DNA of 64,000 nt from NCBI RefSeq assembly GCF_009914755.1, contig NC_060926.1. One strand, 5' to 3'. This document shows positions 13,035 to 27,492 of this stretch, in pieces. Position 1 is the stretch's first letter. Every line of letters begins with the position of its first letter. The position numbers were made by a program, and so were the translations under genes. The notes beneath the pieces were generated by a model that was not told the DNA's origin, did not search any database, and saw only the letters and a program-made list of their open reading frames with translations. Origin of the DNA: the human T2T-CHM13v2.0 reference genome, Homo sapiens.

Positions 13035-14933
13035 CTAGGGACTGTCTTTGGCAGAATGAAATGGAAACTCAACATTTGATTATCTCTATACTGTGTTTAT
13101 TGCCACAAACACTATTGTAGTTAAAGATAAGAGAGTTGGTTTGTTCTCATTCTTTTCTCTTGACAACGAGGACTATTTCCATTTGTCTTCTAGTTATAAG
13201 GAAGCCTTAAATCCCTGAGGAATGGGCTTCCTGGTGGCTGCATTAATTGTGAGTAGTCTCTTCAGCCCTGGTAGACCAGAGGCAGTGAGATGGAAGGGTC
13301 CCAGGTGTGGCTCTTCCTTGCCAATGCACAGAGAGTAGGTTTCATATTCCCAGAACTTCCTCAATTCTTTGTGACAAAATAAAATATTTTCAGCAGGCAT
13401 TCATGCATCTCACTTATTTTCCTGTCTTGAACTTCAATTGGTTTTGTCATCTACTGGAACCCATCTTGTCCTTTCTTTCCCCTCTGTTTTGTTTTTTTCT
13501 TTTCTCTGGGTTATTCATTAAATTTTTAAACAGCCGTGTGACTTTAGTCGTTAATTTCATCTCTTGGTTGTCTCCACTGGCTCCACTGTAAAATAGGACT
13601 TACTCATAGAATAAGCATTATAGTGACATCTACTCATAGAATGTGAGTCTTGAATTAAACATATACAAACAAAAAGCTTAAAGGTGCCTGATAACAAAAG
13701 ATGTCAGCTCTTTCCTCTTCTTTTATTAGCAGATGAGTTAAGTTATTTTTAATGGAATGATTACTAGATTAAGATTATTTCTAAGCATTAGTGAGAACTC
13801 CTGAAGGCTTTTAAATGGGGTGTGTATGTATGTGAGAATTTTGCGAGGCCATTTTCTCTTCCTTTTATTTCTTACGGCTTCTTCTTCAGAACCCACATTT
13901 TTTCTGATAGCAATTGGACATTTTCTTCATAACACTGATAGCTGTTATAATATTACATTTATTAATATAAGTACTTGATCAATATCTAACTTCCTCATTG
14001 CTTTTGCTCAAAATTTGTTTCCTTCTTGCTGATGGATATTACCACTTTACTTTTCCCAGTTGTTATTGTCTCCCAGGATCGCACAGCTGTGCTGCATGAC
14101 AGATGTGTTGCCTAGAGGGAGTGACACTAGTTAGAAATGAATAGAACATTGGCCACTGCTGCTATTATGTGTAGATCTATAATTTGGCCTTCAGCCTGAT
14201 TTTCTGTAATCTCAGATTCTCATTGCCAATTGCTGGCAGGAAACAGTCTTCTTGATGACTTGTCATGTCCAAAAACAGGTCAACACTATTTCTAGAGTGA
14301 TAATCATTGGCTGATTTCATTTCCCCATGAAATGAACTCCATCACTGAGTAGAGCTGCCATAGAATAGCCTTGAAAGGCAGAGGTAGTGCTGTGTGAGGA
14401 CACTGTACTGGGAGATAGGACACCTGGCTGTAGTCCACGTTTTACTATAAATTAGCTGGGTGGCCACAGATAAGTGGCAAAATTATGGGTCTCATTTTAT
14501 CATGTCAAGAGTATAAGGTTTAGAGTTCCAGCATACCAGAGATTCATATTTTTTCAGGTTATCAACAGAGCTAGCTTTAAAGAGTGTTTTTACTATATAC
14601 ATATAACAGGGATCAAAAGCAGAAACTACCCACATTTCTATTTAGTCTTTGTCTATGTGCCTATTCAATTAATATATACTTTCAATTATGTCATAAATGA
14701 AATTTTATATATATTTTCACTTGACATTATACAATCCACTTTTTTCCATTTTCCTATGACTATTTTCCTGTCTTATGTACTCATTCTCTTTCTCTCTCAC
14801 TACTGTCCCATCTCCTCTCAATCCCACTCAGATAATACTGTGTATCTTCCACCTCTTTCTCCATAATTTATTTGCTCATATAAAATATAAACACAGATGT
14901 AGTTATTTCATCTTTATTTGTTTAAAAAGTGAC

Positions 14934-14959
14934 CACACACACACACACACACACACACA
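14934..14959. repeat. (CA)n microsatellite
   Basis: Directly visible. Confidence 0.9.
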
Positions 14960-15528
14960 GAATGTTTATAAACAATGTAGAAGACTGGCAATTTGAACTC
15001 ATTAAATTATATTACAAATGACAGAGAGCCACCACTTGAATCTTGAGAAAGTGATCCTCCTTTCATCTTGGAGTGTTATTATCATGGTATGTGCTCCCCA
15101 TGTGATGCCACTCTAGCAATTTCAGACACAGCTACATAGAAGTCATGATTACAGAAACTCCAAGAGCCAACCTTACCAGAGACAGCATTTGACACTATCA
15201 AGTGTCACTGATGTACAGAAAGAAAAATTGGGCTTTAAGGAATGAAAGTGTAAAAATGATTCAGTGCTCAGGAACTATAAAGTGAGTTACTTCAAAATGG
15301 AATTTGAGCTCTGTTATGATTTCAATAGTGCAAGAACTACACTTAATTATTCCTGCATTAACCATTATTTTTATATTTTTGAACATTTTTAACATATGGA
15401 ATGTAAAATATTGACTAAATGGAACATGTATTATTTTTACATTCTTGAAGTTTTCTATGTGTTGCTGAAAACCATTTATTTATTTGTATTACCTAATTAG
15501 CCACCTTGAATAATGTTACAACTAAAAG

Positions 15529-16074
15529 TGTAAGGGTTGAAGAAGGAAGAAAGAAACACAAAAAGTGGCTCAACAGTCAAAGACAGAATAAACCTGAGAC
15601 GGGCTTCTGGCCAGTTTTGGTCAGGAGCATGCTCTCTTGCAGACTAAGAGTATTTAAGGGTTCAGGGTGGGAGAGCTTATCACAGGCTTGGACTGCTTCT
15701 GTGCCTCTTTGTCTTGCTTATCTGGGAGGGAGAGTTTTTGTGTTTGTTCCCGTACATCTTCCTGTAGCTGCAGGCATATCCCCCACGTCTGCTTTTAGCT
15801 TCCCTATCTTAGTGCACCTAATGGGAAAGGAATATGCTTACTAGGGCCCACTGTTTTACTGGGGCTCATTGTATGAGTGTGAAGTTTGGTGGTTACTCAA
15901 GAGACTTTCCCCCTCCTTCTGTGCCCAAGCTGTCTTATCTTTGTTTTACTGTCTGCTCTTTCTGGTTGCTTGTTTAGAAGAGAAGTGATTTCCTTGAAAT
16001 GCTTGAGGTTAGAAAGGGAGCTAGAACTTAAAATGGTGGTGTTTGTCCAAGATGACAGTGCTCCTGCTCTGTCA
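15529..16074 (-). mobile_element. ERV1-class solo LTR (MER61-like, tentative)
   Basis: TG...CA ends with 4-bp TSD AAAG (15525-15528 / 16075-16078). The minus strand begins TGACAGAGCAGGAGCAC. Confidence 0.75.
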
Positions 16075-16447
16075 AAAGCAACTAAAAGTGGAGTTTAATA
16101 TAATAAAAGTTTAATATAAAAATATAATTTAATAAAAGTGGAGCCCATTTAATATATCTGGTGACAATAGTAGTTAATGATATTTTTGTATTCAGTCTTG
16201 TGCATGTGTAGATATAATATATCCTGCATGGTTACATTCCTCATAGTATTCCCCCAAGTTCAATAAAAGCAATAACCATTGTACTATTTCTTTTTCTGTT
16301 TATCTTTTGAGTCCTTTGTCAGCTAATGAGGATAGTGAATTTTTTTTCAGTTTTTTTTTTCTATTAGAATATCTATTAGAATAAGTAATTTTGGGTTGAT
16401 ACATCCTCAGTTCTCAAACTTTATTCCAAAATTTTTATCCACTAGAA

Positions 16448-18360
16448 CAAAAATGGACAAACTATGGTCTGCTAACCAAATTCATTCCATCATCTGTTTT
16501 TCTATGCCTCATAAGCTAAGAATGATTTTCACATTTTTAAGTCATTGAATAAAAATCAGAAGAAGGATCGAGGTTAACATTAAGAGTGAAGTCATGTTGA
16601 TAGCTTGCACTCTTGATAGGTGAGTGGCACTTTACCTCTGTGGTCTTCCTTTTCAAAACATATTGGCCCAGTTCCATAATGAGAAAACCATAAAAAAAAA
16701 CCCAGCTGTGGAACAAAATGTCTGACTAGTGTTTCTCAAAACTATTAAGATAAATAAAAATGAGGAAAGCCTGAGAAACTATCACAACCTAGAAGAACCT
16801 AAGGAGACATGACAACTAAACATGATATGGTGTCTTGATGAGACCCCAGAACAGACAAAGGACGTTAGGTAAAAACTAAGAAAATCTGAATAAAGTATCA
16901 GCTTAGTGAATAACAATAGATCAATATTGATTCATTAATTATGACAAATATACCTACTAATCTAAGATTTTAATAAGGGGAAACTGAGTGTTTATGGGAA
17001 CTCTGTACTATCTTATATAAATAAATTTTTTTTCTGTAAATCTAAAACTATTCTAAGATTTAAAACATTTAAAAGGGGATTTTATTGTATTTTAAAAGGA
17101 CAATATTTTGTAAGTGTGAAGATTAAATAAAATTAAAATTTCAGTGTTCATAAAATTTTATTTGAACACAGCCACATTCATTCACCTACTACCGCTTCGC
17201 ATGGCTGTTTGGTGCGTTCTGAATTGCAGTGACTCAGTCATAACTTGACATATTTCAAGTGCTACATGTATTGCTCTACATTTTCACTTTACTTTTTTCG
17301 CTACCAGGGAGAACCCATCATGTCAAAATAAGAAGAGAAAAATGGACTAAATATTCTGCTTCTAAAGGCATAGTGTATGTGGATTTTTTTGCTATCAAAT
17401 AAAATGGAAAAGCATTGTGTTTATTATTCAGTGATACTACAGCTGTGCTAATATAATACAATATATGTTGTCATTCCCAGATTAAGCAATCATTACAGTA
17501 TTCCCAGCTGATAGCACAGCATTCAGTCAGAAAAAATTAGAAAATTTAAGATGAGATATCACATAACTTCTTTTAAAAAATGAGGCTGCAATAAAAGTAA
17601 AGTTCAAAGTAAGGTTCTCATTTGTTAGCTAAGCGAGGAAAGCCATTTACCAATGGTGAATTAATAAATGGGTTAAATCATGTTTGATTGTAGCAGGCAT
17701 GAAATGTGTCTAGAGAAAATAGCTAGTTTAAAACTACTTACCTTTTGAAAAGAATAGAGTTGAGGATGTTGTAGCAACATCAATAATCAATTAAAAAACA
17801 AAGCAAATGATTTTAAGGGGTTTTCCTTGGCCCTTGATGAGTAATATCAGTAACATTTGTTACTGATATTAATCAGTTGTTTATCTGAGGAGTCAATGCT
17901 GAGTTTGGTTTACTGAAGCGTTTGCCTTGAAAAATAGTCTGTGTGGGAGAACATTTTCAAAGAATTTGAGAAAATGACTAATTTAGTTCAACCTGAAGTG
18001 GAGTGTGCTAAGACGTGTTAAAAATGATGGTGTTAAACCTTTGTGTGGAAGACCAATCAAAAGCTCATGAAAATATAAAGCATTTAAAATCAATGGTTAT
18101 TTATTGTATTATTTATCTGCAAGCACTTTGTAGGAAATATTTGAATATATCATGTGTTATTGAACCAATAATGTCAATGGCCAACTTTGTTCACCCTTAC
18201 GAACTTAATTATCATCAGTTCTTTAAATTTTTGTCAGAAATAGAAGCCGCATACTTTGACTTGCCCTACTATGGCTTAGCCATGATAAAGCTTACTATGA
18301 TTTTTCTGAGCTCAGGGTTAAAATGTTGAAATTAGGTGAACTACTTTTTCAAGCTATCTG
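16448..18360 (+). mobile_element. Cheshire/MER58-type hAT DNA transposon fossil with degenerate transposase
   Basis: MER58B-like left end. Translatable remnants include GKALCLL (about 17406), FSLALDE (17821) and the CIIYLQALC...LNYHQF..FLSEIEA...DLPYY block (ORF 18015-18329). Confidence 0.8.
16570..17075 (+). mobile_element. L1MC-type 3' end inserted into the hAT element
   Basis: 'cctaaggagacatgacaactaaa', 'ggaactctgtactatctt', 'ctgtaaatctaaaactattct'. Confidence 0.75.
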
Positions 18361-18370
18361 CCGTTCTGTA

Positions 18371-18807
18371 TGTGATGGTTAATACTGAGGGTCAACTTGA
18401 TTGGATTGAAGTATACAAAGTATTGATCCTGTGTGTGTCTGTGAGGGTGTTTCCCAAGGAGATTAACATTTGAGTCAGTGGGCTGGGAAATGCAGACCCA
18501 CCCTTAAGCTGGGTGGTCACAATCAGCTGCCAGCATGGCTAGAATATAAACAGGTAGAAAAATGTGAAAAGAGAGACTGGCCTAGCCTCCCAGCCTACAT
18601 CTTTCTCCCGTGCTGGTTGCTTCCTGCCCTTGAACACTGGACTCCAAGTTCTTCAGTTTTGGAACTCAGACTGGCTCTCCTTGCTCTTCAGCCTGCAGAT
18701 GGCTATTGTGGAACCTTGTGATTGGTGAGTTAATACTTAATAAACTCCCCTTTATATATATATCTATTCCATTAGTTCTGTCCCTCTAGAGATCCTTGAC
18801 TAATGCA
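18371..18807 (+). mobile_element. MLT2A (HERV-L) solo LTR
   Basis: Starts tgtgatggttaatactgag and ends gactaatgca. TSD ctgta/atgta. Confidence 0.9.
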
Positions 18808-19241
18808 ATGTACCTCTCAATGAAGATTGGAAAAGAAAGAAGGGATGAAGAAAAAAAGAGTTTAGTTTTAGGTAACAAGAGTCTCTTGATCTTTGGTACT
18901 TTTGTTTTTCTTTTTTAGAAGGGGTTTATAATTCAGTAGTGATGGATGAATCTCATATTAGTTTCAGGAAATTTGTTAAAGCTGCCAAAATGTCCTTCCG
19001 AGATTTCATTATTTATCTCTCGAAATGCATTAAGGATCCATTTTACATACATTGTAAAATTAGTCTTTTTTGCTATAATCCTGGAAGCCGAGTAACTAGG
19101 CATGTGTATAAAGAAAGAAGAGAGAGAAAATTCCTATGCCAAAAATTGTAACTGGGGTGTAGCTAGATGTTTTTTCTCTTGGAGGCAATCTAGTTCATTT
19201 GCAAGAAATGGTGTTGAAAATACATGGATTTATTTATTTGA

Positions 19242-19544
<303 letters not shown>

Positions 19545-19599
19545 TAGAATAAGCTGGATAAAATAAGAAAAGCTACATAGAAAATCCAGGAGTAACTGT

Positions 19600-20460
19600 G
19601 CAAGTCAGCCATATCTTGAGGGGAGAAAGAAAGGCAAAATATCACAGAAGTAGATCAGTCTTGCTTATCATTGCAAAACATGAAAAATCAATTTTAACTA
19701 TGTTAAAATACAAATACCTTATGAGCAATTTTGGCTTTATTCTGTTGATTCTGCTATTTGCAGATGTTAGCAATACTTTTATAAGAAAGCCATGAGAATT
19801 TACTAGAAACTATTAAAACTAAAAAGAGTTCAGTAATGTCACCAAGAATGACATTAAAAATAGGAAGTAAAATAGCTTCCTTATGTGTAAAAAAACTACC
19901 ACTTAGCATAATAAAAATATCCTATTAGTAATAGCTATCAAAAATAAAATAACTAGAAATGAATAGAAGAATTATGCTGAACCTATATGACAAAAAAGAA
20001 AGCTTTACTAAGGCTTAAAAATATAAACATTAAATAAATGAAGAAATATACCATATACTTATCAAAGGACGATAAAGGGAATGTCTCATATTTTCAGGAG
20101 CCTATATAAGTTGTGAGGGACTACCTAATGCATGATTTCTTTTGCACTCAATTTTTTTTTTTAAGGAGGAAGAATTTTAGCAAATTTTATTAGTGAGTAT
20201 AAATGAAAAAATCAAAAGCAAAATAATAGCAAACCAACTCCAACAATGTATGAGAATGATAATACACCACAAATATCATTCCAGCAAATACAGAAAAAAA
20301 GTGATAAAGTTTAACACCCATCCATGAAAGAAATTCTTAATAAAATAAGCATAAAAGGGAACATTTACTTTGAAAAAAGGTACTTAGAAAATATTATCAT
20401 AAAAATTATACTAAATGAGGTAGTTAGAAATATTCCACTTAAAGGGAGAAATAAGATAAA
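19600..20460 (+). mobile_element. Old L1M ORF2 fragments
   Basis: 'ctattt gcagatg...tactagaaactatt...gagttcagtaa' (RT-region remnant) and A-rich strand bias. Boundaries approximate. Confidence 0.55.
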
Positions 20461-20805
20461 AAATTTCATAGTTTTCTGGTTTATCTTTGAGTTTTGTTTT
20501 ACAAAAATGTATCTGTATATTTTCCCTCTTTTTTTGCACAAAAGGTAGCATTCAATTTATACTCTCTGCATTTTGTTTTTCTTACTTCACAATACATCCT
20601 GGAAATCATGTTAGGTCATAGAGTTTTCTCACTCTTTTTTATAGCTTCATAATAGCCTATTTTGTAGAAGTGCCAAATGTGTGGGCATTTAGTTTTTTCT
20701 ATCTAATATTTTACATGTATAAATAATACTACACTGTATAGTCTTTATGTATTTTCATATTGTTGAAGCTATAACTTAAATGTAAATCCCTAAAAGTGAA
20801 GTCAA

Positions 20806-22093
<1,288 letters not shown>

Positions 22094-22414
22094 AAAAGTG
22101 AAGTCAAAAGATAAATGTACATTTAGGACTTTTTCAATTTTGCCTATTTCTTCTCCATAGCAGTGGAAACATTTTACATTCCCATGAGCATTGTATGAGG
22201 CTATTTTTTCCACACATATTTGCCAGCAGAATGTTGCTCTCAATTTTTTTTTGCTAATGAAGTAGTCTTAATATATTTGACCTTACTTTAGCTCAAAATA
22301 CTATATTGCACTTAATTTATAATTAACTTAAAATTTAATTGGTGTTTTTCATGGTTATAGTCATTAAACTAAACAATTCCTTAAAAACTTTAGCAGATGA
22401 ATTTTTAAAAATCT

Positions 22415-22775
22415 GTATTTTGAGAGAATTATAGATTCACATGCAGTGTAAGAAGTAATACAGACACTAAATACCTTTCACGTAGTTTCTTTCAATGGTA
22501 ACATCTTTCATTACTGTAGTACAATATTACAATCAGGAAATTGACATTGATATAATCCCTCTGTCTTATGCAGATTCCATTGGTTTTATACATACTTGTG
22601 TGTGTGCACATGTATTTAGTTTATGCAGTTTTATCACATGTAAAGTTGCATGTGATCACCACCACAGTGAAGATATACAATAGTTCCAGCACAGGAATCC
22701 TTTCATAGCCACAACCACTTACTTCTCCCTTCCCTGCAACACCTGGCAACTACTAATTGGTTTTTTGTCTGTGTA
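22415..22775 (-). mobile_element. L1MC-type 3' fragment
   Basis: 'tatagattcacatgcagt...aatcaggaaattgacattgat'. Confidence 0.6.
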
Positions 22776-23153
22776 ATCATTATATGACTCTTAAAAATTT
22801 AACCGTGCTTTGTTTCTAAGTATAATTGGAGCTCTACAAATATCTATAATAAATTCACATGTAGTTAATTAAAATATAAGAGAAAAGGATGAGTAATAGC
22901 TTTGAAGGATGACAGCTCAATGTGATCGCATTCTTAATGTTTTCATTTAACTGTGTATGAGCCATACCACAGATAGATACAAGTTTTTCTTAAATCATTT
23001 TCAGTTTGCTTCTTGCATGAATAGGGTCGTGGGGATTTTTAGAATTTGTAGCCAAATGTGCAAAATCAACTGATCTTCAGATTTAGTTTGAATTAGAGTT
23101 CATTATATGAAAGGATTAAAAACTTAAGAAGCCAAGACATTTTCATATTGGGG

Positions 23154-23175
23154 GTGTGTGTGTGTGTGTGTGTGT
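23154..23175. repeat. (GT)n microsatellite
   Basis: Directly visible. Confidence 0.9.
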
Positions 23176-23702
23176 AGTGTCTGTGTGAGTATGCATGCTT
23201 CCTTGTGTGTGTTTGTATATATATTTATGATGTATATCTTACCTGTTTTTCTTTTTTTATGTTGAATTAAAAAAGGACTAAACAAAAATAGTTTCATGGT
23301 TCATAAAGGTAGATGATTCAATAATATTTTTCTCAAAACTATAATGTTTATTATAAGATTCCTTTATTTTAAAGCAGTATTACAGACAATACATTCTAAA
23401 TAATTAAAAACATGTTTTCATTGTTAAACCTCCTTTAGAACATAAAAGCTTCAGCTACTCTCAAGGGAATCACACTCGTGAGAGTGACATTGGCATTTAA
23501 GAAAAGGAAAATAAAATAATTATAAGTTCATGTGAACTTTTTTGAGGCCTGTGGGAAAACATGGAGTAGAAAGTTCATAAAACTGATTTGTTACTTGGCC
23601 CATTCACACTGGAGTATATGAGAAACCCTGAATTCCAAGCAAAATTCCTTCTTATAGACCAGCTCAGTTTTCTCTCAGACTACGGAAAATAGAATGGCTA
23701 GC

Positions 23703-24170
23703 TGTATTAGAGTTCTTCAGGAAACAGAACCAGTGGGATATACATACAAACAGATTTATTGTGAGGAAGTGATTTACACAATATGGAGGCTGAGAAGTAC
23801 TAGGATTTGCTATAAGCAAACTGAAGATCCAAGAAAGCTAGTGGTATAATTCAGTCCAAGTCTGAAGGTTGGAGAACCAGGGGAGCTGATGGCATAAATC
23901 TCATTTTGAGGGCTAGAGAAGATGAGATGAAATGTTGCCAGGAAGGGAAAAAAAGGGTGCAAATTCCTTCTTCCTCTGCCTTTTATTCAATTGAAACCTT
24001 CAACAAATTAGATGAGGCCCAGTTACATTGCGGGAGGGCAATCGGCTTTGCTGAGTCTACTGATTCAAAGGTTAATCTTGGATGAAGACAGACACATAGA
24101 CACACCGGAAACAAATGTAATCTGGGCACCCATGGCCCATCGAAGTTGCTACATGAAATTAACCACCACA
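23703..24170 (-). mobile_element. MLT2 (C/D-like) LTR
   Basis: tgtattagagttc...gaaacagaacca at one end and aattaaccaccaca at the other. Confidence 0.8.
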
Positions 24171-24459
24171 CTTGCCTAGAGGGGAATTCATTTTTAAAAA
24201 ACATATCCTTGTGATCCTTTTGAAATTCAAGTAAAACTTAATATATAAATGTTATAATATCTTTCCAAGAGAATATTATATTCGTTAAGTAGACTTCACT
24301 TTAGGAAAGATATATTTTTGTAAAGCTATAAAATAATCATATCTAAAACATTTTTATATACCTTTTTTATGATCACCTGTGGTAGATTCTCATTTACTAG
24401 AATGAGGTAATATTTTGTGGTTTTTTTAAGTGAGAGAAGAATGCTTCTTTTTTTAAAAA

Positions 24460-26040
24460 ATGATTTTTTTGGTGATAATTGTAAATTCACATGCAGTTGG
24501 AAGAACTAACGAGAGTGAACATGTGTATCGTTTACCCAGTTCCCCCCTTATCACTTGTAAGATAACATCTTATAAAACTACAGTAAAATATCACAACCAA
24601 GATAATAATATTGATAACTGTCAAGATACAGAACACTTTCTTCCCAGAAGGATCCCTTCTGATGTTCTTTATAGCCAAACCCCCTTCCTTTGCACTTCCC
24701 ACTCCTCAACTCCTGGCAACCACTATCTCCTTTTCATTTCTATAGTTTAATTTGTGTATTCTTCCTTTTTTTTCTTGGTTGGCTTTCTAGAAGCTTGTCA
24801 ATATTATTGGTAATTTTAAATCACCAGCTCTTTGTTTCACTGACAGTCTGCATTGTTTTTCTGTGTCAATTTCATTGATTTATCCTCTTAACTTTATGAT
24901 GTCCTTCTTTCTACTTGCTTTGGTTTTATTTTACTCTTCTTTTTCTAGGTTCTCGGGGTGGGAGATTATATTACTGATGCAAAACTTTTCTTCTTTTCTA
25001 ATGGATGTATTTAGTGCTATGCATTTCTCTTAGCACTGCTTTAGGTCTGTCCCACAAATTTTGATATGTTGTTTTGTATTTTCATTCAGTTCAATGTACT
25101 TTTGATTTCCCTTGAGACTTTCTTTTTGACCCACGGATTGTTTAGAAGTGTGTTTAGTTTCTAAGTGTTTGGAGAGTTTTGTTATCTTTTTGTTATTGAT
25201 TTCCAGTTTGATTCCATTGTGGTCTGAGAACATTGCAGTCTGAGAACTCTGTATGCTTGCAATTCTTTTAAAATTGTTGAGATTTGTTTTATGATTCAGG
25301 ATATGGTCTACCTTGGTATTTGTTCTGTATGTATTTGGAAAGAAAGTGTATTCTCCATTGCTGGGTGAAGCGTTCAGTAAATGTCTATTAGATCCTGTTG
25401 GTTGATGGCATTGTTGAGTTCTATATCCTTGCTGATTTTCTGTCTAGTTGTTCTATCAATTGCTGAGAAAGGGGGTTGAAGTTTCCAGTTGTAGTAGTGG
25501 ATTTGTTTATCTCTTCTTTCATTCTATCAGTTTTTGCTTCACATATTTTGCAGCTCTGTTTTTTTGATGCATACGCATTTTTGAGGGCCATGTTTTCTTG
25601 ATGGAGTGACCCTTGTATTATGATATAATGTCCCTCTTTTAGTCTCTGGTAATTTTGTTTGCTCTACTTGGTCTGGTACTAATATAACTGGGGAAGTGGG
25701 ATTATCACCTTATTACTGCTCATAGAAGTAGAAGTTTTGGTTCCTCCATCAGCTATCACTGACACCTATGGTGGGCTGCTCCGTGGTCCTGATGTGTGGG
25801 GGTATGAGTGCTGCTCCTCATGTGGCCTCCACTGTCACCACAATGAGAGTAGCCTTGTTACTGCTAGGCTGACTCTCCACTAGGTCTTCTCTGACCCCCG
25901 CTCCAGCAGAGGAGTAGAGGGACACTGTGTTACTGTCAGGAGGGGTGGAAGTCCAGGCTTCTTATATGCAGGTTGTGAAGAAAAGGTGGGGGTGTCCAGA
26001 AGCCTTGTTTCAGGCCAGTGAGAGGGAATGTTTTAGTTCT
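24460..26040 (-). mobile_element. L1M fragments (3' end, ORF2 endonuclease region, 5' region)
   Basis: Minus-strand ORF 25030-25233 begins MFSDHNGIKLEINNK, the L1 endonuclease SDH motif. T-rich plus strand. Confidence 0.75.
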
Positions 26041-26049
26041 TTACTTTGC

Positions 26050-27050
26050 TCTTAAACCATTCTGGGAGTTTGCAGGGGTCCCTTGTCATTTTGGGTTGGG
26101 TTTGTGAGACAGCATGTCAGGCAAGTGTTCTTGTATAAGTGGTTAGCTGTCCTTGTGTTGCTAGCTGTCCTTGTGTAAGCTGTCCATGTAGTAAACTGTG
26201 GTTTGGAAAAATTTCTTGCGATAGTTCCCATTATCCAGCAAATCATGTGTGAGAGCCCTGCCTTCATGGGTCTGCCCTGCTCCACTTGCCAAGGCTTGAC
26301 ATAAGTTACTCTAGTTTGGATCTTACAACTTCCACATTTCTCTGAAAGCATCACTGATCGACTCTCCTGTGGGTTGGTTTTAATTGTCCCTTGGTGCTGA
26401 GATGCACCTGTCCTGGATTGTTGGTATGGTCTCACATTGGGAAGAAGTGATTGGCGACTGGGAGTCAGTATCAAATCACTTTCAGCCACATTTGAGCAAC
26501 AAGCCTGACCTGGAGAAAGTGGCTCTCAGGCTAAATCTTCCTGGGGTCCACAGTTAAGTTCAATTTTGTTGGTTCCATAAGTATTGGTTATCATTTGAAA
26601 CACTGGCCCAGCATTATTCTATCAGGAGTGTTGTTTCTATAGAATTGGGGCAGGACACAGTTAGGTCCAAAGTTTAAAGGAAATAATACAAAGTAAAACC
26701 AACAGGAGCATAACGAATTTATTTTGTACAATGATTTTGAACCAAGAGGCCAAGCCTGAGGCCAAGAAACTAAGCAAATCAAAAGACCACTGGGAAACCG
26801 GGTGAGACCTGTTGTAGCCATTGAGATCAATGGACTAAATAAAAATTTCTAAAACTCTAATGAAAAAACTAATGGGTTCATGAAGCTGCAAATCAAAATC
26901 AAGCAGAACAAAATAATTACATAAGATTGAATACTTCTTAAAAATTATAATTTTTATGACCTTAAGGAGGTCATAATCATTGTGAAGGCAATGATTTATG
27001 ACTTGCAAATCACATGTAATGAGATGGAGTAAAAAGCTGAACCCTTGAGA
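26050..27050 (-). mobile_element. ERV1 (MER4-group) internal sequence fragment
   Basis: Composition and motifs resemble non-autonomous MER4-group internal regions, and it adjoins an ERV1 LTR. No clear protein motif. Confidence 0.45.
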
Positions 27051-27053
27051 TAT

Positions 27054-27492
27054 TGAGGTAGGAGGTGGGGCTCAGAGACTGGACCAAATTGAGGACTAGC
27101 TAAAAGAGGGACATGGTGGAAGCAGCTTTCCATAAGACACATCCTCCAGTGTTCCATGCCAGTTTACCATTGCCATGGCAACACTGAAAGTTACCACCCC
27201 TTTCCACAGCAATGACCCAATGACCCAGAAGTTACCACCCTTTTAAAAGAAATTGCTATATAATCTACCTCTTAATTTGCATATAAGTGGGTATAAATAT
27301 GACTGCAGAACTGCCTTTGAGCTGCTACTCTGGGCAGACTGCCTGGCCCTGCTCTGCAAGGAATAGTACCTCTGCTGCTGCTGTATACTGTCACTTCTAT
27401 AAAAGTTGCTGTCAAACACCACCAGCTTGTCTTTGAATTCTTCCCTGGGCAGAGCCAGAAACCCTCCCAGGCTAAGCCCCAGTTGTGGGCTG
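27054..27492 (+). mobile_element. ERV1 LTR (MER66-like, tentative)
   Basis: Starts tgaggtaggagg. Contains 'ggaccaaattgaggactagctaaaa', TATA 'gggtataaata' (about 27290) and 'ggctaagcccc' near the end. Confidence 0.7.

Noticed and set aside
26052-26830. Minus-strand ORFs of 145 and 79 aa as retroviral genes
   Set aside because: No gag/pol/env motif recognisable. Treated as decayed ERV internal sequence.
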